Assembly: GCA_951406725.2 (NCBI GenBank)
Contig: OX597815.1
Location: 8,060,001 to 8,124,000 of the forward strand
Direction: 5' to 3'
Length of the DNA stretch: 64,000 bases
Source: Octopus vulgaris
Lineage: Eukaryota
How positions within the stretch are numbered: position 1 is the first letter of the stretch; every line of letters begins with the position of its first letter. The notes under the pieces are model-generated. The model was not told where the DNA came from, did not search any database, and saw nothing but the letters and a program-made list of their open reading frames with translations. Shown here piece by piece: positions 55,025 through 64,000 of the stretch. The position numbers were made by a program, and so were the translations under genes.

Positions 55025-55550
55025 CTGATATATGATATTGAATGCCTACTGGTATATCTGATCGCCAATTCGTACTTACGTTTGATCATCTACTGATACA
55101 TGTCTGACCTGGCTGTCAATACTCAGTAGTTAGCCAAGCTGTGTCATATGCAGTTACAGGATTCTTCTCATACAGGTATTGCAAATTCTATCTTCTATTA
55201 GTTAAGAAATATGTCATAAAGGCCCTACTAGTTCCTTATAACAGTACTTCATGACTTCGATTTGAAATCCAATCGGGCCTGCTGGCTCGGTTACGTTTGA
55301 GTTCTTGCATTATCATCGCATCTCTTTTGGATTAAAAATCACCATTAGTAGCTTTATATCAGATCACCTCATCGATGTTGGTTGATCGTCAGGGCAACTT
55401 GCAAAAGCATAACAGCTTTGCCTTTTGTTCTTCTGTATGTGCGTGTTTGTGCAGTTGCTTTATGGTATATGACCGGGATACAGGAGCAACTTATCCCTCC
55501 ATAGAGAGACAAAGGGAGTATGTATAAGAGAGAAACATTGCGTGTGCTGT

Positions 55551-55919
55551 TGCTGTTGCTGTTGAGCGAAGCGGTCTTCGTCCCAGAGCTCGCAAGATGG
55601 GAGAAGTCCGAAACGTGGTCCTTTGCTATTCGTAAGACCCGCAGAAGAGAAAGCGAGTCAACCCCCGACACCGAGAGCATCGACGGATGGATGAATGCGC
55701 ATCCAGGCTCAGCGGTTGCGTAGGAAGTCGGGGACAGGAAACAGGAAGAAAGAGTGAGAGAAAGTTGGAGCGAAAGAGTACAACAGGGGTCGCCACCACC
55801 CCTTGCTGGAGCCTCGAGGAGCTTTAGGTGTTTTCGCTCAACACCTGGTCTGGGAATCGAAACCGCGATCCTCCGACCGCGAGTCCGCTGCCCTAACCAT
55901 TGCGCCATTGCACCACCAC
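55551..55919 (-). mobile_element. SINE family C with alternative 3' tail ending in (CAA/CAG)n
   Basis: tRNA-like head, with 12-bp TSD tgcgtgtgctgt (55539-55550 / 55920-55931). Confidence 0.88.
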
Positions 55920-56593
55920 TGCGTGTGCTGTGTAGAGTGAGTGAGTCGGATTGCTTCTTCTAATGAAGTTGCAATTGTCCAGTCTTTATGCATTATATTT
56001 TATTTTTGCCTGACTCACATACACTCACACACGCGCGCGCACACATTGTATGCATAAAGAGATACAAACTACAATTCGTCCATCCTAATTACTTGAAGTT
56101 TCTTGGTTGAGGGGCGTTCACCAGACCTCATCCTTTAGTTATCTCAACATTTCCATAAGGAATATTTTGGAAACTTAAGCGATTTCCGTTTCCATTAGAG
56201 TGCAAAGTTGTTAGATAATAGAAAATAGCTATTTCTCCTTAATAGTGCAATGAAATCGCAAGAATTATTGTGAAAAGTAAATAAATAAAAATAGTTTCAA
56301 GCTGAAAAGATTTAAACGATTAATAGAAGAGTACAGAACTGTGAAAAATAAATCCACCAAAAATAGATATTCATAATACCTCGAAAGAAAAAGCGAAATC
56401 TTGACTCTGGATATTCTTTTAAAAATATTAGAGGAAGGAAGATTTGGAACTAAAAAAAAAAGTTTTATTCGAGTACGACATGAGACAATTACAGCTGTAA
56501 AAGTATATAATATATGTAGACATAACCAAGAGAAGCATTTAAGTGAGAATTCTAAGAGGAAGGTTATGAGAAATATGAAGACTTCAAACAATA

Positions 56594-56990
56594 GGCGCAG
56601 GAGTGGCTGTGTGGTAAGTAGCTTGCTAACCAACCACATGGTTCCGGGTTCAGTCCCACTGCGTGGCATCTTGGGCAAGTGTCTTCTGCTATAGCCTCGA
56701 GCCGACCAAAGCCTTGTGAGTGGATTTGGTAGACGTAAACTGAAAGAAGCCTGTCGTATACATGCATGCGTGTGTATATGTCTGTGTGTCTGTGTTTGTC
56801 CCTCTAGCATTGCTTGACAACCGATGCTGGTGTGTTTATGTCCCCGTCACTTAGCGGTTCGGCAAAAGAGAACGATAGAATAAGTACTGGGCTTACAAAG
56901 AATAAGTCCCGGGGTCGATTTGCTCGACTAAAGGCGGTGCTCCAGCATGGCCGCAGTCAAATGACTGAAACAAGTAAAAAGGAAAAAAAA
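56594..56990 (+). mobile_element. SINE family B full length
   Basis: Near-consensus copy. Confidence 0.92.
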
Positions 56991-57136
56991 AAGAAAAAAA
57001 AGAATTGTTGCATATTTGTATGATCAAGTATGTCCAGAAAAAGAGACAAAAGCCGGATATATAATATTTAAGAATATTAATCTTTCTATACAATCGGTAG
57101 CTAGGGGAGACGAAGGAGACAACATCCTCTGATAAA

Positions 57137-57528
57137 TCTCTCTCTATATAAAACTGAAGTTGTCTGTGTGTGGCAGGTTTGGTAGCCTTCAACTAACACT
57201 ATCTCCTCCGAGACCCTGCGGCGCAAGTTGACCAAAATTGAGAGTATGATAGAAGAAGGTTTGCTCTTCCTTCCGTAGAAGAAAAAATTCGAATCGGACC
57301 ATGTTAACACCAAAAATTATTTACATCAAAAAGGTGCTTTTTTTCTATGAAAATCCCTATTTTTTACGACTTTTTGACTGCTGTGTCGCCATTTTTCGGT
57401 GTATTTCAACCAGAAAAATGTTCACTTAAAGAGAATAACAAGCTACATAATGCAAAATTTTTACTTTTCAAAAATTCCAATTCTAAAGGGTCGAAACAAA
57501 CCCGAGCAACGCCGAGCGATACTGCTAG
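57137..57528 (+). mobile_element. Complete non-autonomous Helitron
   Basis: A|TC start, subterminal hairpin cccgagcaacgccgag, CTAG|T end, no TSD. It splits the hAT remnant. Confidence 0.85.
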
Positions 57529-57959
57529 TTGATAATGAAGATCTGTTGTATTTTTCTCTAACTGCTGATAAACTAACACATACTTCTGATTCGTGGGTGT
57601 TACTATTGTTCATTGAAGGAATTAATGCTAGCCTAAAGTGGCGGAAAAGTAACTGCAGTATACAACTCGCAGGGAAAAATACACGTACAGATATTTTCAA
57701 AGAACTAGAGGTTTGGAAACATCTAAAGTACATTACCACTAATGTGGGGGGACATTAATATAGCGTAAGAAAAGCTTTCGTTTGACGTGTCTAGAAAGTT
57801 TAGAACAGTATGTAATGCACAAACCTATAGTGTTTCAATACATCACTCATCAGTTGGCAGTTTGTGGAAAATATCCAAATGTCAGGAGAGAGGAGCAATT
57901 GTTTGGTAGCGGTAAAGTTATCTTACAATTTTGTGATTTTAGGAGGCGATTGATAGTTC

Positions 57960-58025
<66 letters not shown>

Positions 58026-58032
<7 letters not shown>

Positions 58033-58412
58033 TCAGCCATTTGACTGCGGCCATGCTGGAGCACCGCCTTTAGTCGAGCAAATCGACCCCAGGACTTATT
58101 CCTTGTAAGCCTAGTACTTACTCTATCGGTCTCTTTTGCCGAACCGCTAAGTTACGGGGACGCAAGCACACCAGCATAGGTTGTCAAGCGATGTTGGAGG
58201 GACAAACACAGACACACAAACACACACACATACATACATATATATATATATATATACACATATACGACGGGCTTCTTTCAGTTTCCGTCTACCAAATCCA
58301 CTCACAAGGCTTTGGTCGGCCTGAGGCTATAGTAGAAGACACTTGCCCACACGCAGTGGGACTGAACCCGAAACCATGTGGCTGGTAAGCAAGCTACTTA
58401 CCACACAGCCAC
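58026..58412 (-). mobile_element. SINE family B full length
   Basis: Near-consensus copy, inverted relative to 56594-56990. Confidence 0.92.
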
Positions 58413-58566
58413 TTCTGTTTCTTTTTTACCAGAAAAATCATGTTCAGCTGCCGCGTGCAAACGGTGAACAGTTGTGGGGAAAATCACTATTTTCGAAGCA
58501 TCCTAACGACTTCGGTTTTAAATTACAATGTGATTCTGATCTTATATGCAGCATAGACTCATATGT

Positions 58567-58834
58567 GTGGAGGGGGCGTGGCTTAGTGGTTAGGGTGTCA
58601 GCATCATGATCGTAAGATTGTGGTTTCGATTCCTGGACCGGGCAACGCGTTGTGTTCTTGAGCAAAACACTTCATTTCACGTTGCTCCAGTCCACTCAGC
58701 TGGCAAAAATGAGTAACGCTGCGATGGACTGGCGTCCCGTCCAGCTGGGGAACACACACGCCATAGAAACCGGGAAACCGGGCCCATGAGCATGGCTAGG
58801 CTTTATAAGGGCGCATTTATTTTTTTTTTATTAT
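58567..58834 (+). mobile_element. SINE family D full length
   Basis: tRNA-like head and V-domain-like gcgatggactggcgtcccgtccag, with TSD actcatatgt (58557-58566 / 58835-58844). Confidence 0.92.
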
Positions 58835-60654
58835 ACTCATATGTACGCATATAGAGTCCTTAAGCCTTATCGGATGTTCCGTTTTGGAGAATTCCAAGCC
58901 CCAAAAGAGGATGAAAACGACTAAGCTATATTGACAGATATACAATATGAAATGAAGGACTAACCAAAGTTAATAGAAAACAGAGATTCCTAGTGCTGCA
59001 TGATAAAACGCATATCGGTTGCGACCGCATCGAGAGGACTTATCGGAGAAAGCTTTTCAACAAAAGTTAACCTATTTTTACTCTCACTTCCTTGAAAATA
59101 TGTTTACCTGTATATTTTCAAGAAGTAAACCCTCAATTTTGTTTCGAATTCTCATAAGTGTCTTTACCAGTCAAAAGCTACAATTTCAACAACTTTTTTT
59201 TACCTCCATAATCTCTTAGACTTCACGACCGAGGAACTATCAAATCTTTAACTGAAAGTTATTAACCAACACCAAATGACGAGTTACAAGACAAGTACAA
59301 AACGGAAAACTTATTCAATCTTTTATAAATAACCCCCAAACCCAGCCCTTGCTCAGCGATGGATTTCAATATCTGCACAACCAATTTATGTAAAAAAAAA
59401 AAAGAAAAAATTTCACCCAGTCTCAATCAGTTTTGATCACACGAATCACAGGCTCCATAAAACATGAATCCCGATATTTGGTCTCCCACCCAACAAAGAA
59501 ATTCTCATTAAAGTAAATTAAAAGAAACAAATTGAGAACTTGCTTCCATAATCTTGTATAGCCATTGTTTCATTTTAACACTTTCACTCACAAGACAAAA
59601 TCATTTCCAATACCACCAACCTCCACAAACGTTTGCCAACACTTGACCTACAGTGTGTTTAGGCTGTACTTGGCAGGTAACCATATGTTCTTAAGTGAAG
59701 TAACTCTACCTGCTTATACGATTATTCTTACGCTACTTCACAGTTTTATAATATACTTTTAGTTTCCAGAGTATTTTTCTTGATAGCTTCTTATTTATCC
59801 TGTTGTATTGCAAATTCTTTATTTTAAAAAATTATAAATGGTCTTGTAGTGACTGTTTCATTACTTCTGTTTAAGGTGCTATTTACCGTTATTGATAAAT
59901 GGCATTTCTCAGCAATTCTTATGTTGTCCTTAACATACTTTTCTCGAAAATACTCAACTTTGTCGGAATATTATCGATTCCTCTTCTTCTGAGTTTATAG
60001 ATATATTAGAAACGCTGAATCTGTCTCTGGATTTGAAGGAATGTATATGCTGTCTATACTGCGTTTTGAAGGTATTCTATGTTAACCCTCTGTATGCTAT
60101 TTTAATACCATCTGCTGTTGTCACAGTAACTTTATACAACTATATGTACTTATATGTACAAGTAAAAGTACAGTTACATGCATGTACACATGCATACATG
60201 CTACACATCTTGATATAAAACAATAACCTATTTATGGATTGACCTTATGTGTGTATAACTGTGTATCTGTGTCTAAGTTCGTGTATATGTGTCGAATATA
60301 TGTTCTTACAGACACACTGACACACATTGGTAGCTGAAGAAAATGTCTTTTTATAGTGTTACTAAACAGTCTTATAAGAAGTTCAAACGGAAGAGGGAGG
60401 AACCGAAGCATGAAAGAAACCCTTATAGTCTGTGTTTTATTGTTATTTTACTTCTCTATCTTCTTTGATTTTATTCTCTTGACAAAGATATTCAATTGAC
60501 AAATTCTTCAAAAGAAATCAGATTCAACACCACCATTTCCACCATCATCAGCACCACCACTATAAGCTCTCAGTTTCCACCACCATCACCACCGCCACAA
60601 CCATCACTGGTGCTACCACCTCTGCTACCACATCAGTATCTCACTAACGCCACT

Positions 60655-60975
60655 GCCACCACCACCACCACCACCACCACCACCACCACCACCACCACCA
60701 CCACCACCACCACCACCACCACCACCACCACCACCACCACCACCACCACCACCACTACCGCCACCACCACCACCACCACCACCACCACCACCACCACCAC
60801 CACCACCACCACCACCACCACCACCACCACCACCACCACCACCACCACCACCACCACCACCACCACCACCACCACCACCACCACCACCACCACCACCACC
60901 ACCACCACCACCACCACCACCACCACCACCACCACCACCACCACCACCACCACCACCACCACCACCACCACCACT
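60655..60975. repeat. (ACC)n array
   Basis: Directly visible. Confidence 0.98.
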
Positions 60976-61419
60976 ATCTCTATTTCTTCCGCCGCCAATA
61001 CCAAATCAAACACAGCTACGACTACTACCACTACCACAACTACCATCATTCTACTACCAACACAACCATTAATACAATCATTACCATTACCACCACTGTC
61101 ACTACCGTGTGCCATACTGCTACATCCCTCCGCTGCAAACACCATCACCACCTCTCAACCACTACCATTGCCACCACTACACCTGCCAATCCCACCACTA
61201 ACACAACTACTGCTCCACTATCGCCACCACCACTACAACCATCATTGCCAACAACACCACTACTATCACGACCACTACCACCGACACCACTAGCGCCACC
61301 ACCACTATCACCAACACCAAGACCACTACCACCACCACCACTATCGCTGTTAATATATCATGACCACTACCACCATCAACACCACAACCACCACTACTAA
61401 GACCAGCACCACCACTAAC

Positions 61420-61830
61420 ACCAACAACACCGCTAACACCACAACCACAACCACTAACACCACCACCACCACTAACACCACCACCACCACTAACACCAAC
61501 ACCACCACTAACACCAACACCACCACTAATACCAACACTACCACTAACACCAACACCACCACTAACACCAACACCACCACTAACACCAACACCACCACTA
61601 ACACCAACACCACCACTAACACCAACACCACCACTAACACCAACACCACTACTAACACCAACACCACCGTTAACACCAACACCACCGCTAGCACCAACAT
61701 CACCACTAACACCAACACCACCACTAACACCAACACCACCACAAACACCAACACCACCACTAACACCAACACTAACACTAACACCAACACCACCGCTAAC
61801 ACCACCACCACCACTAACACCAACACCACC
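61420..61830. repeat. 15-bp minisatellite (accactaacaccaac)n
   Basis: Directly visible. Gives the TTNTN repeat ORF. Confidence 0.92.
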
Positions 61831-62275
61831 ACTATCACCACCGCTACCACTAACCCCGCTACCACCACCTTTATCGCCGTTACTATCCCCTCCACCACAA
61901 CCACCACAACCACCACCACAATTACCATCATTTTCATCACCACTGCTATCACTGCCACACTAGATATTTCATCTCCGCTTTTGTCTAGCTGCATACCACT
62001 GCACACCGTTGCACATCTGATGCTGTTCGTTACATCCATTCTACACCAATTTCATTAAGAACAAAACTTTGTAGATTTCCATTCCCAGCGATGTCTATTG
62101 CCGCAAACTAAAATTTTATGTAAAACATGCGAAGCATTTTTCCTCTTATAATTCCTTTGTCTGTTGTTGGAGTTGGTTCGTTTTCCATTGATTGGCTCCG
62201 TATTGGGGTCACGGAGATAGTGGGAGGTGGTGAGGAATAGAAAGAAATGGTATGAGAGGGAGGAAGACAATGAGG

Positions 62276-62323
<48 letters not shown>

Positions 62324-62620
62324 GCGTAGGCGTGGTTGTGCGGTTGAGAAGCTTGTTTCCCAACCATGTGGTCTTGGGTTCAGTCCCAGCGCGGCAACTT
62401 AAGGAAAATATCTTCTACTATAGCTCCAGGATGTAGAATGCCTAGTGAGTGAATTTGGTAGAATTTGGAAACTATCAGGAAGCCCGTTGTATACGTGAAT
62501 GTGAAAGGGTGAATGTCCCTACCGGTTTAAAAGAAAGTACTGCTGTCGATTTGTTCGATTAAACCCTTCAATGTGGTGCCCCAGTATGACCACAGCTCAA
62601 TAACCGAAACAAATAAAAGA
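62324..62620 (+). mobile_element. SINE family B-related older copy
   Basis: gcgtaggcgtggttgtgcggtt...ccaaccatgtggtcttgggttcagtccc...gtggtgccccagtatgaccacag. Confidence 0.75.
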
Positions 62621-62666
62621 CGTGTTTTTGTGTATCTGTGTGTATCTGTGTGTATACGTATATATG

Positions 62667-62719
<53 letters not shown>

Positions 62720-62720
62720 C

Positions 62721-62903
62721 AAATAAATAAATAACAAACGATGGCAAATGTCAGTTCATTACAGCTGTTTCTAACGCATTTTTTAAATAGATGATGGAAA
62801 CGGTGTTTTGCAATGATGTAATGTACTCATTTGTCTAATAAAAATGCGTTAGAAACAGCTGTAATGAACTGACATTTATCCAACGTTTGTTATTTATTTA
62901 TTT
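62721..62903. repeat. Inverted repeat (about 63-bp arms) containing a hammerhead 3' half
   Basis: 62721-62783 pairs with 62840-62903 and includes GAAAcagctgTA, also seen in the 29489 ribozyme. Confidence 0.9.
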
Positions 62904-63161
62904 ACTCATAATGCACCAAAAGAGATTCCCGACCCGTCGGACATCCTGGAGTATACCAAATACCATGCGACCAATAAAACGTACGCATTGGACTAGCACT
63001 TAGGCGTTAAATTCTTCGTATACATAACCAGAATATTTCAGTGGATGTACTTAAGTACTCGATATATTTATTCGACTAAAGATGGTGTTCACAAGTTAAT
63101 TCGACCCAACCTGGTACCTATTATTTAAGTACCGATTCTATCCCGAGTCCTTAATATTGTA

Positions 63162-63230
<69 letters not shown>

Positions 63231-63376
63231 CCCGCCGATTTTTAAAATTTTGTAATTTATTGCGTTTTTAAATTTTAGAAGCTATTTTTTTCAAGAATTC
63301 TATTTTTGAATCATTTTGGAATTTCTTTTTTTCTAGTTAATTTTAGTTAATTTTTGCTTATTTTCAGATCATTAAA

Positions 63377-64000
63377 ATGGAATGTCAAGTTAAGAAAAAC
63401 GAGCATTTTCGACACCTCCTTCTTTTTGCTTTTAATCAAGGTTCTAAGGCCGCAAAAGCTGCTCGCGACATTTGTGCTGTGTATGAAGAGGGTGCCATAG
63501 CTGAAAGAACCAAGTTCAAAAATGGAAATTTTGACCTCAAAGACGCACTTCGTTCTGGTCGTCCAGTTGAGTTCGATGAAGAGCGATTAAACCAACTTTT
63601 GCGCGAAAATTCTCGTCAAACGACAAGGGAATGCTCCCACACTGCTATAGAGAAGCATTTTCACTCGATGAGAAAGGTTCAGAAGTATGGAGCATGGGTT
63701 CCGCATGCTTTAAGTGACAACAACAAAAATCAACGAGCCACAATCTCCGCTGGTTTGCTTGCTCGCCACTGCTCAACTCATGGACACAAGCAACGATTTC
63801 TTTACCGAATCGTTACTGGCGACGAAAAATGTTGCCTGTACATCAATATGAACAAGCATTATCCTCATAAACAAGCGACACCGTGCGTGAAACAAGATCT
63901 TCATCCGCGTAAAATGATGTTGTGCGTATGGTGAGACTGGGAAGGGATTATCCATTGCGAATTGCTTGAACGGAACCAAATGGTCAACGCGGGAAGTGCT
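63377..64000 (+). pseudogene. Mariner transposase pseudogene, runs off window edge
   Basis: EHFRHLLLFAFNQG, RSGRP, WVPHAL, IVTGDEK and HPRKMMLCVW*DWEGII motifs. Nonsense codon at 63932-63934 and short in-frame deletions. A partial TIR abuts (TA)n at about 63228. Confidence 0.93.

Larger units (their letters stand above)
56380..57890 (+). pseudogene. hAT (Charlie/SPIN, GTF2IRD2-like) transposase remnant interrupted by a SINE and a Helitron
   Basis: RKKKRNLDS...HETITAVKVYNICRHNQEKH | CPEK...IFKNINLSIQSVAR | YFSLTADKLTHTSDSWVLLLFIEGIN...DIFKE...ITTNVG...KPIVFQYITHQLAVCGKY, all in colinear order. Confidence 0.75.

Noticed and set aside
55585-55630. gga-gaag-tcc-GAAAC-gtg-GTC hammerhead-like 3' half
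   Set aside because: The CUGANGA core is absent and the motif is antisense to the SINE.
57825-57860. Minus-strand CTGATGA...GAAAC
   Set aside because: Stem II and stem III do not pair, and the sequence is explained by the hAT coding remnant.
60496-62058. Mucin-like Thr/Asn-rich ORFs
   Set aside because: They are (ACC)n and 15-mer repeats open in several frames on both strands, with no signal peptide or domain.

Overview
Eukaryotic, AT-rich DNA saturated with microsatellites and repeats. The repeat content is typical of a coleoid cephalopod, most likely Octopus (inference from the SINE families and the TA/TACA/TAA arrays). No intact host protein-coding exon could be supported, and almost all long ORFs in the track are translations of simple repeats. 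The window is a transposon graveyard. It holds four families of tRNA-derived SINEs (labelled A-D here), one of which forms 184-bp tandem multimers. It also holds decayed mariner, Tc1 and hAT transposases, several MITEs and a foldback element, non-autonomous Helitrons, and fragments of RTE, CR1, R4/Dong and Penelope-like retroelements, often nested. The most notable non-obvious signal is a set of at least six type I hammerhead-ribozyme folds. Two have a canonical CUGANGA/GAAA core and long stem II insertions (48412-48506 and 29489-29611), and four are minimal variants with altered cores. They sit in Penelope-like or short non-coding segments next to simple repeats, mostly (TA)n. A few promoter-like motif clusters suggest this may be intronic or upstream sequence of a large gene.
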